A stretch of DNA of 64,000 nt from Thermodesulfobacteriota bacterium (GTDB taxonomy: Bacteria; Desulfobacterota_D; UBA1144; Nemesobacterales; Nemesobacteraceae): positions 1,024,001 through 1,088,000 of the forward strand of contig OZ241855.1 of NCBI GenBank assembly GCA_965202785.1, in the 5' to 3' direction. How positions within the stretch are numbered: the first letter of the stretch is position 1; each line of letters begins with the position of its first letter. The notes below the pieces were generated by a model, which saw only the letters and a list, made by a program, of their open reading frames with translations, searched no databases and was not told the origin of the DNA. Positions 24,486 through 33,817 of the stretch are shown here, piece after piece. The translations under genes were made by a program, and so were the position numbers.

Positions 24486-24980
24486 ATGAAATCGAGACAC
24501 ACCATATCCATAACGGTAGATAATGAGGCCGGAGTACTCTCAAGAATCGCTGGGCTTTTCAGCGCGAGGGACTTTAACATAGAGAGCCTTAACGTTGCGG
24601 AAACCCAGGAACCGGGGACGTCCAGAATAACTCTGGTCACAACCGGCGACGAAGCCATAATTCAGCAGATAATAAAAAGGTTCAACAACATGGTCAACGT
24701 GATCAAGGTTGTCGACATGACCGAACTTGACCGCGTGGAAAGAGAGATGGTTCTCATCAAGGTTGATGCGAAGGCTGATTCCAAGCCGGAGATTCTGCGG
24801 ATCGCCGACATATTCCGGGCAAAGGTCGTCGACGTGTCTCCGAGATCCTACACGTTTGAGGTTACCGGGGATGAACAGAAAATTCAGGCGTTTGTTGAAC
24901 TTCAAAGACCTTTCGGGATAAAGGAAATCGCGAGAACGGGAACCGTCGCCATGTCCCGGGCGAACAAGAAGAGCAAGTAA
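24486..24980 (+). CDS. ilvN: Acetolactate synthase small subunit
   Basis: NEAGVLSRIAGLFSAR.FNIESL, EIARTG. Confidence 0.95.
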   Translation: MKSRHTISITVDNEAGVLSRIAGLFSARDFNIESLNVAETQEPGTSRITLVTTGDEAIIQQIIKRFNNMVNVIKVVDMTELDRVEREMVLIKVDAKADSKPEILRIADIFRAKVVDVSPRSYTFEVTGDEQKIQAFVELQRPFGIKEIARTGTVAMSRANKKSK

Positions 24981-24995
24981 AGGAGGATATAACCG

Positions 24996-26012
24996 GTGAA
25001 AGTTTACTACGATGAGGATATTGATTCGTCTAAGCTTAAGAAAAAGAAGATTACGATCATAGGCTACGGAAGCCAAGGTCACGCCCATGCCCAGAACCTG
25101 AGAGAAAGCGGACTCTCGGTTACGGTTGCGGACATTAAGGACAGTGCCAACTGGAAAAAGGCTAAGGATGCCGGTTTTAACGTGAAGTCGGTTTCCGCCG
25201 CTTCCAAATCCGCGGACATAGTGGTTATGCTGGCTCCGGACACTTACCAGCCGGCGATATACCATGAGCATGTCGAAAAGAACTTGGTTGCTGGAAACGC
25301 GCTTATGTTCAGTCACGGTTTTAATATTCACTACGGACAGATCAAACCGCCCGCGGACGTGGACGTGTTCATGGTCGCTCCCAAGGCCCCGGGCCACACG
25401 GTAAGGGACCAGTACGTCGGAGGCGCCGGCGTGCCGGGACTCGTTGCTGTTCACCAGAACCCTACGGGCAATGCTAAAGATCTCGCTCTTGCTTACGCTA
25501 GGGCCATCGGATGCTCGAGAGCGGGAGTTATAGAGACGACTTTTAAGGACGAGACGGAAACCGATCTTTTCGGGGAGCAGTCAGTTCTCTGCGGAGGGCT
25601 CACGGCCCTTATCCTGGCCGGGTACGAGACGCTTGTTGAGGCCGGTTATCCGCCCGAGATGGCTTATTTCGAGTGCTGCCACGAGGTAAAGCTTATAGTT
25701 GACCTCATATACGAGGGCGGGATAGCCAACATGCGTTACTCGGTGAGCGATACGGCCAAGTACGGAGACATAACCAGGGGCCCGAGGCTTATAAACGACT
25801 CCGTAAAACAGGAGATGAAAAAGATAATCGGGGAGATTCAGTCCGGACAGTTCGCCTCGGAATGGATACTTGAGAATCAGGCTGGAAGGCCTTCCTATAA
25901 CGCGCTTCTCAGGCAGGGTGAAGAGCATCCGATCGAAAAAGTCGGCGCCGAGCTCAGGGGGATGATGAGTTCGCTTTTCCAGAAGAAACTGGTCGATAAA
26001 GACAAGAATTGA
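24996..26012 (+). CDS. ilvC: Ketol-acid reductoisomerase
   Basis: [29 protein letters not shown]. Confidence 0.97.
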   Translation: MKVYYDEDIDSSKLKKKKITIIGYGSQGHAHAQNLRESGLSVTVADIKDSANWKKAKDAGFNVKSVSAASKSADIVVMLAPDTYQPAIYHEHVEKNLVAGNALMFSHGFNIHYGQIKPPADVDVFMVAPKAPGHTVRDQYVGGAGVPGLVAVHQNPTGNAKDLALAYARAIGCSRAGVIETTFKDETETDLFGEQSVLCGGLTALILAGYETLVEAGYPPEMAYFECCHEVKLIVDLIYEGGIANMRYSVSDTAKYGDITRGPRLINDSVKQEMKKIIGEIQSGQFASEWILENQAGRPSYNALLRQGEEHPIEKVGAELRGMMSSLFQKKLVDKDKN

Positions 26013-26659
26013 TGGATTTCCGGTTCGTGAGGGTCGCAAGCGAGGGACTCAGTATAATCTACGTTTCAGCCGCGCTTTGTATTCTCCTTGCGCTTCTGGG
26101 GTCTTTCTCTTTATTTTTAGTATTCTTCCTGCTTACCGCTTTTTCCGTCTTTTTTTTCAGGGATCCCGAAAGGGGGCTTCCTCCGCTTGAGCCCGGTTCC
26201 GTGATCTGTCCCGCGGACGGAAAAATAATAGATATCTCAGAGACCTTTGAAGACGACTATCTTAAGCGGAACACCCGAAGAATAAGCATTTTCCTCTCCA
26301 TCTTCGACTGCCATATAAACAGATTTCCCGTTTCCGGCAAGGTCGCCGGAACCACTTATTACCCCGGGGAATTCAAAATGGCCTTTGAGGGGGATTCGTC
26401 CGAGGCCAACGAGCGGCTTGCGACCCTGATTGAATGCGAGGACGGGGTCCGGGTGGTCATAGTTCAGGTGGCCGGTTTTCTCGCGAGAAGGATCGTATCG
26501 CGTGCGAAATTCGGCGACGTGTTGGAAATCGGGGAAAAATTCGGGATTATAAAGTTTGGTTCAAGGGTGGATGTTTACCTGCCCGAGGATGTGAAGGTGG
26601 GTGTTGAGGTGGGACAGAGAGTCGTGGCCGGCAGGACGATTATAGCATGGCTAACTTAA
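26012..26659 (+). CDS. psd: Phosphatidylserine decarboxylase proenzyme
   Basis: FFRDPER, PADG, H.NR.P, KFGSRVD cleavage motif. Confidence 0.93.
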   Translation: MDFRFVRVASEGLSIIYVSAALCILLALLGSFSLFLVFFLLTAFSVFFFRDPERGLPPLEPGSVICPADGKIIDISETFEDDYLKRNTRRISIFLSIFDCHINRFPVSGKVAGTTYYPGEFKMAFEGDSSEANERLATLIECEDGVRVVIVQVAGFLARRIVSRAKFGDVLEIGEKFGIIKFGSRVDVYLPEDVKVGVEVGQRVVAGRTIIAWLT

Positions 26660-27480
26660 GAAAAAAAAGAAGGAGAAGATCTCCCCGTCCGGGGAGGGTT
26701 ATCCCCCTGCTGCCAAGCATGCTCACGACTGTGGGCCTTGCGTTCGGGCTTGCGTCCATAGTGACTTCGATTTCCATTCACGGGGACCGTGCCTCGGCCG
26801 TAGTTTCTGAGGAATGGCTTTTTAATCGCTTCTGGTGGGCGGCGGGATTTATCGGCATGGCGGTACTTGTCGACATGCTTGACGGCAGAATAGCAAGAGC
26901 TCTTAACTCGGAGAGCCGCTTCGGCGCGTCCTATGATTCACTCTGCGATCTTGTATCGTTCGGGGTCGCTCCGGCGGTGCTTCTTTACGTTTGGGGGCTT
27001 TCGGAATACGGAAATCCGGGACTTATGGCGATGCTTTTCTACGTGGTTTGCGCAGCGCTCAGGCTTGCGCGTTTTAACGTGCAGTTTACGACCAAGGAAA
27101 AGCGCATGTTCACGGGTCTTCCGAGCCCTATGGCCGCGGGGCTTATTCTCTCTCCGATACTTCTTCTCTCCGAGTTTCAGATCATCGCTACGCCGCTTAT
27201 AAAATCTTTTTATCTTTTCTTCGTTCCTGTTGTGGGACTTGTCATGGTTAGCGAGGTTCCATACAGAAAGTTCCCGCGAATCGCCAGATTCGGACCTTTC
27301 AGCACTCTTGTTGCGGGTTCCATAATAATTGCGGCGCTTATTACCAATCCCGGAGTGATCGCGGTCGCTATAACTTACTGCTATTTTATCCTCGACCTCG
27401 GACGTTGTGCCTGGAAGCTGGCCGCAAAGGCTACATCTCGGGATAAAGAGTCAGAAGCCCTGGCTGGCGACGAGTCCTAG
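26647..27480 (+). CDS. pssA: CDP-diacylglycerol--serine O-phosphatidyltransferase
   Basis: DMLDGRIAR...G...DSLCDLVSFGVAP, RLARFN, F.GLPSP. Confidence 0.92.
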   Translation: MANLRKKRRRRSPRPGRVIPLLPSMLTTVGLAFGLASIVTSISIHGDRASAVVSEEWLFNRFWWAAGFIGMAVLVDMLDGRIARALNSESRFGASYDSLCDLVSFGVAPAVLLYVWGLSEYGNPGLMAMLFYVVCAALRLARFNVQFTTKEKRMFTGLPSPMAAGLILSPILLLSEFQIIATPLIKSFYLFFVPVVGLVMVSEVPYRKFPRIARFGPFSTLVAGSIIIAALITNPGVIAVAITYCYFILDLGRCAWKLAAKATSRDKESEALAGDES

Positions 27481-27507
27481 GGGCTTTTCCTCTGGAGGCT
27501 GGAGTCG

Positions 27508-30177
27508 ATGAAAAGGGTTTTCAAATTACTTTTTTTGTTCATTCTGATTACGGGAGCAAGTCTTATGAGTTTAAATGCGCAGACCTTTGCGGGTGTCGAA
27601 GGAGCAACGAAATACAGTCTTTCTAACGGCATGACCGTGCTTCTTGAGAGAAACGACTCTTCTCCGGTTGTCGCCGTTAACGTGTGGGTGAAGACCGGAA
27701 GCGCGTGCGAGGTGGAGGGCGAGTACGGCCTTGCGCACGTGCACGAACACATGCTTTTCAAGGGGACGGAAAGAAGACAGGTCGGCGAGATAGCCGGGAT
27801 GGTCGAGGCAGGGGGCGGAGACATAAATGCGTTTACTTCCTTTGACCAGACGGTTTACTACATCGTAAGTGCACGGCGCTTTTTGCCTATGGCTCTTGAC
27901 GTGCTCTCAGACGTCATGGAGAACTCGACTTTTGACCCTGCAGAGCTTGAGAAGGAACTTGAGGTTGTCCAGGAAGAGATAAGAAGGGGAGAGGACTCTC
28001 CCTCAAGGGTGCTCAGCCAGAAGCTTTTCTCCACGGCCTACAGCGTTCATCCCTACGGAAGGCCCATAATAGGAAGCAAGCAGAGCGTGGGGAGCTTCAC
28101 CAGAGACGGAATACTGGATTTCTACAGAAAGTGGTATTCCCCGGACAACATGATTCTCGTTGTGGTTGGGGATTTTGATCCTGAGGGAATAAAGGACTCG
28201 GTGGCCCGGACTTTCGGAAAAATAAAGAAAAGAAAGACTCCTGAGTGCGAACTTCCCCCAGAGCCCGAGCAGAAACGCACGAGAACCTTCGTTATCGGCC
28301 GCGACGTAAGCACTGGCTACTTCAGTTTTGCCTTTCATACCCCCTCGGCAAGCCACGCCGACACTCCCGTTCTTGACGTTATAAGCGGCGTACTCGGCAC
28401 AGGGGAAAGCTCCAGGCTCTACAGAAAGCTAAAGGAGCAAAACGCCACCGTAAACGACATATACGCCTACGCTTACAGCCTCAAGGAAAACGGTCTTTTC
28501 TTCGTGGGCGGAGTACTTGATCCCGGGAAAGTGCAAAAAGCCTCAAAGGAGATAGTGGCGGAGATAGATCTTATAAAAAACGAACCCGTCGGGGCCGAGG
28601 AGCTTGCCCGCGCCAAAACTAACATAGAACGGGACTTCATCCGCGCCAAGGAAACAATGCAGGGACAGGCGAGAAAGCTCGGTTACTTCGAGCTTGAAAC
28701 GGGAGATTACGGCTACGAACGCCTCTACCTTGAGAGAGTGAGGAACGTGACCCCGGAGGACATATTGCGCGTGGCCGGAAAATACCTCGTGCAGAGAAAT
28801 CTCACCGCTGGAGTTCTGCTTCCAGAAGACAAAACCAAGGGGGTTGAGAAGGGCTTCAGAAAAGCCCTTGTTTTTCCCGGAGGGGCCAAGAAAGAAGAAA
28901 GGAAGAAAGTTTCCTCAACGCAGGCGGAGTTTAAGAAACACGAACTTTCAAACGGAATCCGGGTTCTTTTGAAACGCAATCCGGCCGTTCCGCTTTTCTC
29001 CGTTCACGCGGTTTTCCTGGGGGGCCTCAGGTATGAGGATGAAAACACAAACGGAATTTCGAACTTCATGTCCGGGATGTTTACCCGCGGCACCTCGAGC
29101 CGCTCCACAGAAGATATAGCCACTCAGATAGAAGGGCTTGGGGGAACGGTTGACGGCTTTTCTGGGAAAAACAGTGTCGGGGTGACTCTCTCAGCCTTAA
29201 GTGAGAACTTTGAAGGGGCAATGGACATTCTCTCGGACGTGATACTTAATCCTTCTTTTTCCGATGAGGAAATGGATAGGGAGAGAAGGGAAATTCTGGC
29301 CGCTTTGGAAAGACAGGAGGACAACCTCACGGGAAAGACGGTCAGGAATTTTCTAAAGACTCTTTTTCTGAAGCATCCTTACAGGTTCAACGTTCTGGGA
29401 ACCGAGGAAAACGTAGACAGGTTTGTCTCATCCGATGTCCGGAAGTTTTACAAAAAAGTCATAAGGCCCGAGAACATGGTCATCTCCGTTGCGGGCGACA
29501 TTGACGCGGAGAAAACTCTCGGGACTCTTGAAAAGCTGTTCGGTAGCATGAAGCGGGGAGGTTTCGAAAAGACCCGGCCGTCGCGTGAGTCAGCGCTCTC
29601 TGCCGCGAGGGAAACAGTCGAGTTTGAGAGAGACAAGGCCCAGACCCACATTATCGCGGGTTTTCACGCCCCGGGTTTTAAAAGCCGCGACCGCTATGCG
29701 TTCGAGGTGCTGAATTCGGTGCTCTCAGGTCAGGGAGGAAGGCTCTTCATTGAGCTTCGGGATAAAAAAAGCCTTGCCTATGCTGTTACCTCGTTCTACG
29801 TTCCCGGGATGGAAGGTGGCTATTTCGGCGTCTACATAGGAACTGCTCCGCAGAAGGAAAAAGAGGCGCTTGAATCGATAACGGAGCAGCTCCAGCTTGC
29901 CTTGGGTGGTGTCGGGGAGCAGGAGCTTGAGAGGGCGAAAAACTACATAGTCGGCAGCTTCGAGATAGGGCTTCAGAGAAATTCCGCCCAGGCGTCCACG
30001 GTCGGGTTTGACGAGCTTTACGGAATAGGCACTTACGAATACAGAAAGTTCCCGGAGAAAATACTTGCCGTGACTGCAGATGACGTAGCGAGGGTGGCCA
30101 GGAAGTACATAAATCCTGAGGCGGCCGCGGTTTCTATCCTGAGACCCGGGGAAGATTCCTCCGAGAAGGGGCAGTAG
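27508..30177 (+). CDS. M16 family zinc peptidase, exported
   Basis: Signal peptide; HVHEH (HxxEH), NAFTS, HPY; degenerate second half. Confidence 0.92.
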   Translation: MKRVFKLLFLFILITGASLMSLNAQTFAGVEGATKYSLSNGMTVLLERNDSSPVVAVNVWVKTGSACEVEGEYGLAHVHEHMLFKGTERRQVGEIAGMVEAGGGDINAFTSFDQTVYYIVSARRFLPMALDVLSDVMENSTFDPAELEKELEVVQEEIRRGEDSPSRVLSQKLFSTAYSVHPYGRPIIGSKQSVGSFTRDGILDFYRKWYSPDNMILVVVGDFDPEGIKDSVARTFGKIKKRKTPECELPPEPEQKRTRTFVIGRDVSTGYFSFAFHTPSASHADTPVLDVISGVLGTGESSRLYRKLKEQNATVNDIYAYAYSLKENGLFFVGGVLDPGKVQKASKEIVAEIDLIKNEPVGAEELARAKTNIERDFIRAKETMQGQARKLGYFELETGDYGYERLYLERVRNVTPEDILRVAGKYLVQRNLTAGVLLPEDKTKGVEKGFRKALVFPGGAKKEERKKVSSTQAEFKKHELSNGIRVLLKRNPAVPLFSVHAVFLGGLRYEDENTNGISNFMSGMFTRGTSSRSTEDIATQIEGLGGTVDGFSGKNSVGVTLSALSENFEGAMDILSDVILNPSFSDEEMDRERREILAALERQEDNLTGKTVRNFLKTLFLKHPYRFNVLGTEENVDRFVSSDVRKFYKKVIRPENMVISVAGDIDAEKTLGTLEKLFGSMKRGGFEKTRPSRESALSAARETVEFERDKAQTHIIAGFHAPGFKSRDRYAFEVLNSVLSGQGGRLFIELRDKKSLAYAVTSFYVPGMEGGYFGVYIGTAPQKEKEALESITEQLQLALGGVGEQELERAKNYIVGSFEIGLQRNSAQASTVGFDELYGIGTYEYRKFPEKILAVTADDVARVARKYINPEAAAVSILRPGEDSSEKGQ

Positions 30178-30196
30178 GGGGCTCGTTTTCCCCAAT

Positions 30197-31108
30197 TCAG
30201 AGAGCGGGGTTTGTTGTGCTTTCAGGCGGGGTATAAAGACGCGTCGTCGGGTAAGCGAGATCGATATCGGGATACTTTTCAAACTCAGTCAGTATCTCTT
30301 CCCAGATACCCTGTTCGGAGCCCCTTTTCTGTCTCGGGTTTATCATGTACCTCATCGAGAACAGAATTCCGCTGTCTCTTGTCGACATATAAACCGCCGG
30401 GGTGAGTTTTGAGAAATGTATCATATATCTCTCGGCGGCTAGGCGGAGTTGTTGTTCAGCCTGCGTTGAAGAGGATTCGATTTTTTCTTTCGCTACCTTC
30501 TCAAGAATTTCGCGGGTTTTTCTCCAGTCGCTCTCAAACGTTATGAGGACTTGTATCTCATTCCATATGTAGTTAAATGCGCCGTGGTAATTTGCGGTTC
30601 TCTCCTTTAGCACGTGGCTGTTGGGAATATGTATTATCCTTCCCGTGCTTTGTTCGGCTTCAACCCAGTTTCCGATCTCGACTATGCTGAACTGAAACAG
30701 CCTTAAGTCTATTACGTCTCCCTTGGTTTCTCCTATCTGTATGCGGTCCCCTATTACGAAGGGTTTTCTCCAGAGGATAAAGAACCAGCCGGCAATGTTG
30801 GCTATGGTTTCATGAAGGGCTATAGCCAGACCGGCACTTGCGATACCAAGGTAGGTTCCTACAGGGCCCAGGCCCTTTATCCACACGCTACCGACCAGTA
30901 TTATGGCAAGAAAGCCGTAGACGTACCCTATAATGCGTTTTGAGTAATAGATTGTCTTGGGATCTTTCGTGTTCTTGGTTATTAGTGAGATAAGAATTTT
31001 TCTGAGGAAGAACAGAATCGCCACTATTAGAATAGAAAGCAGCAGGTTTTCTATCTGCGTTTGGTAGGCGTTATGATATTCTTTGAAGTGAGTTGTCAGG
31101 TTTTCCAT
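30197..31108 (-). CDS. MscS-family mechanosensitive channel
   Basis: TM helices; PFVIGDRIQIG..GDVIDL, IPNS, YPT. Confidence 0.9.
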   Translation of the reverse strand: MENLTTHFKEYHNAYQTQIENLLLSILIVAILFFLRKILISLITKNTKDPKTIYYSKRIIGYVYGFLAIILVGSVWIKGLGPVGTYLGIASAGLAIALHETIANIAGWFFILWRKPFVIGDRIQIGETKGDVIDLRLFQFSIVEIGNWVEAEQSTGRIIHIPNSHVLKERTANYHGAFNYIWNEIQVLITFESDWRKTREILEKVAKEKIESSSTQAEQQLRLAAERYMIHFSKLTPAVYMSTRDSGILFSMRYMINPRQKRGSEQGIWEEILTEFEKYPDIDLAYPTTRLYTPPESTTNPAL

Positions 31109-31386
31109 AACTTCAAAAGTATACAATCTTGGCGGAGAGTTCAAAAAAGCGGGATTTTTTCAGGTGCCTCGACTGATAAGTACTTTGTCGCGCCCGTAAC
31201 AGCGTTCCACGTCACATGCAAGGGTTTTTCGCGCCGTCCCGGGAGCCCATTCTTCCCGCCGCGCGACTGTTTCCACTCTCTTTTTCCCTTTTACCGCACT
31301 CGACCCCCGGTTCTTCCAGCGTGAGAGAGTCTTGATTGAATGGTGTTGTGGGTTTCATTTATTTTCTTTTCTGTTATTCTGATTTC

Positions 31387-31460
31387 GGGCTGCTAGCTCA
31401 GTCTGGTAGAGCAGCTGACTCTTAATCAGTCGGTCGTGGGTTCGAATCCCTCGCAGCCCA
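31387..31460 (+). tRNA. tRNA-Lys(CTT)
   Basis: GGGCTGC/GCAGCCC acceptor stem; CTGA-CT-CTT-AA-TCAG anticodon arm; TTCGAAT T-loop. Confidence 0.93.
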
Positions 31461-31531
31461 CTTCGTTTTGCGTCTTACGGCGCTGTCCGGAACCATGATT
31501 CTGGACCTTGCCGATTTTGAGACTTTAAAGG

Positions 31532-31613
31532 GCGAGAGTGGCGGAACAGGCAGACGCGCTAGATTTAGGATCTAGTACCTTAGGGTGTGAGGGTTCGACT
31601 CCCTCCTCTCGCA
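31532..31613 (+). tRNA. tRNA-Leu(TAG)
   Basis: GCGAGAG acceptor; CTAGA-TT-TAG-GA-TCTAG anticodon arm; long variable arm. Confidence 0.93.
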
Positions 31614-31641
31614 GAAACACGGTTTAGGTAATTGTGAAGGC

Positions 31642-32622
31642 ATGCGCCTGCTAGCGCTTTGTTTAGTCCTGCTTTTCTGTTCCTGCTCCCGCGGTGGGGA
31701 GACTCTCTACGAGAGGTCCTTTCATTCAATGGGCTCAACCGTAGAGCTCAAGTTCTATTCCCCGAGCGAGGAGCTTTTCCACCGTGTTGTTGACTCCTGC
31801 GTGGAGAGAACCAAGGAAATAGACCGGCTTTTCAGCAACTACAGGGACGACAGCGTTCTTACGGAGGTGAACAGAAATGCTGGGGTCCGTCCCGTCTCCG
31901 TCCCCGGGGAGTTTCTCCGTCTCGTGCGGACCTCGGTTAGGTACTCGGAACTTACCGACGGAGCTTTTGACATAACTATCGGCAGTCTTTTCGAACTCTG
32001 GCGGGGGGAGACCGCTTCGGGACGGCTTCCCGAGGAATACCGGATCCGCGACGCGCTTGGGTGTACGGGTTTTCGGAAAATAAAGATAGATGAAACCAAG
32101 TCTCAGGTTTTTCTCGAGGGAGACTGCGTCAGACTCGATTTCGGCGCTATAGGAAAGGGCTACGCGGTTGACGAGATGGTAAAGATAGCCAGACAGAACG
32201 GAATCACGAGAGGACTTGTGAATTTCGGGGGAAACATATACGCGATGGATCCTCCCGCAGGCAGAAAATTCTGGGACGTGGGGGTAAGAAAACCCGGCGG
32301 CGGCAGTGAAATCATCTCAAAGATTGATCTTGTGAACAAGGGTGTCGCGACTTCGGGGGATTACGAGCGCTACTTTGAGCACTCGGGGAAAAGATACTCC
32401 CATATAATAGATCCCAGAACGGGTTGGCCTGCCGAGGACGTGACTTCCGTCGTTGCCGTTTCGAGAAGCGCTACGGAAGCCGATGTTTTCTCAACCGCCG
32501 TCTCGGTTCTTGGTCCGCGCGGCGCCCGGATGTTTGCCCAGAGAAATAAGTCCCTGGGTTTTCTGGTCGTTGGGAAAAGCGGGAAGAAAAAATCCTGCTT
32601 CGGGTCTTATGCGTGCCGCTAG
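31642..32622 (+). CDS. apbE: ApbE FAD:protein FMN transferase (lipoprotein)
   Basis: Lipobox-like N-terminus; MGS, DGAFDIT, DFGAIGKGYAVD, ATSGDYE, HIIDPRTG. Confidence 0.95.
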   Translation: MRLLALCLVLLFCSCSRGGETLYERSFHSMGSTVELKFYSPSEELFHRVVDSCVERTKEIDRLFSNYRDDSVLTEVNRNAGVRPVSVPGEFLRLVRTSVRYSELTDGAFDITIGSLFELWRGETASGRLPEEYRIRDALGCTGFRKIKIDETKSQVFLEGDCVRLDFGAIGKGYAVDEMVKIARQNGITRGLVNFGGNIYAMDPPAGRKFWDVGVRKPGGGSEIISKIDLVNKGVATSGDYERYFEHSGKRYSHIIDPRTGWPAEDVTSVVAVSRSATEADVFSTAVSVLGPRGARMFAQRNKSLGFLVVGKSGKKKSCFGSYACR

Positions 32623-32632
32623 TGTGCCGGGG

Positions 32633-33130
32633 TTATTGAGGCGGCTTTGGATACTCGGGCTTTTTCCTGTAGAGGTAATACGTTACGAAAATGATCAGGT
32701 AAAGAAGAGATATCTGAAGGACGATGAAAGAACCGATTTTAACATAGGCGAATTCGGCGCTTACGTATCTTACGAGCCAGCCGCCGGCTATATCAAGAAA
32801 CGCTGAGCCGTACGACGCTATTATGACGAGGAGCTTTTCGGCGGAGCTTCTGTTCGTAAAAAGAAAAAGATGGTTAAGTGTCACCAGTAAAATGGCCATT
32901 GAGAAAAAATGGAAATGGGCTTCCTCAAGCAGCCCAAAATAGCTTCTCGGAGGCCTGAAACTCTCCTCGGATCCCCTGTAGTACTCAACCACGCTATCAA
33001 AGCTGAATCCTATCTTCAGAAAAAACAGCAGGTTGGTTAGCCACAAAAAGAGAAAGAAGATCGTCGTGAGCAAGACGATGAGTTTCAACAGGTCGTTTTT
33101 TCTTATGTCCGCTGAAATGAAAAACTTCAT
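32633..33130 (-). CDS. Uncharacterised ~4-TM membrane protein with EEAHFH...H motif
   Basis: Hydrophobic segments; 20 nt downstream of the FMN-binding gene; GGGAG RBS. Confidence 0.75.
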   Translation of the reverse strand: MKFFISADIRKNDLLKLIVLLTTIFFLFLWLTNLLFFLKIGFSFDSVVEYYRGSEESFRPPRSYFGLLEEAHFHFFSMAILLVTLNHLFLFTNRSSAEKLLVIIASYGSAFLDIAGGWLVRYVSAEFAYVKIGSFIVLQISLLYLIIFVTYYLYRKKPEYPKPPQ

Positions 33131-33150
33131 TTTTTCTCCCAGATGGATAA

Positions 33151-33702
33151 TTAGGAATCAGCCGGAATGCCGAACGTGACTCTGTAAACGGCGAGAACCC
33201 TTCTCGTAGCTTGCGAAAAAGATACCGTACTTATCGTGGCTCCGGTAATGTTGGGAACTCCTTTTCCTACCTTCATTCTGTCCATCTTGGTTTTTTCCAG
33301 GAACAAGTTTATCCATTTTCCGCTCGGCATGTAATCTGTGGGTTCGAAAAATGCGAGAGTTTCGGCGTGGCGAAGCGTCCCGTCAGGATTTATTACGAAC
33401 ATTACGGTTTCGGTAAGTGTTCGAAGGGGGTGGGTGTCGATGACGGCGTAGCCCGTCTCCTTCCCGCCGGATTTTGCTATGTAGAAAGTGTAAAGCCTTG
33501 AATCTACCTCGACCTTTGCCATTGCGCGTACTCTCTCGGCTTGGGGTTGGGTGAGGAAAACGTGTCTCTTTTCTATTTCTTCTGCTTCGGGGAAAACAAG
33601 TTCAAGCGCCTTGCCCTTGGTAAGAAAGACCTTGGCGGAGGCATCTCCGGCACCATGCAGAAAAAACACAAGCGTTATCAAGATAAGGATTTTCGTATTC
33701 AT
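33151..33702 (-). CDS. Exported FMN-binding (flavinylated) protein
   Basis: Sec signal ending ASA; ITGATIS matches the [ST]GA[ST] flavinylation motif; apbE nearby. Confidence 0.85.
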   Translation of the reverse strand: MNTKILILITLVFFLHGAGDASAKVFLTKGKALELVFPEAEEIEKRHVFLTQPQAERVRAMAKVEVDSRLYTFYIAKSGGKETGYAVIDTHPLRTLTETVMFVINPDGTLRHAETLAFFEPTDYMPSGKWINLFLEKTKMDRMKVGKGVPNITGATISTVSFSQATRRVLAVYRVTFGIPADS

Positions 33703-33763
33703 GATGAAAGAAGGGCAACATTCTATCTGAATATTGCCCTTTTGAAGAGAGAGAAAGAGAGAG

Positions 33764-33806
33764 AAAAAAAAGAAGCATAAACCCGCGCCCGTTTATCGCG
33801 GATTTA
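33764..33806 (-). terminator. Terminator-like hairpin after the porin gene
   Basis: Minus strand TAAATCCGCG-loop-CGCGGGTTTA followed by TGCTTCTTTTTTTT. Confidence 0.5.
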
Positions 33807-33817
33807 AGTCCTATATC

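Noticed and set aside
24540-25454. 304-aa ORF antisense to ilvN-ilvC (likewise 39391-40167 against clpX and 41453-42121 against the TonB receptor)
   Set aside because: Fully overlaps well-supported genes; explained by codon bias.
31436-31452. U-U mismatch in the tRNA-Lys T-stem
   Set aside because: A single mismatch with all other arms intact; not evidence of a pseudogene.
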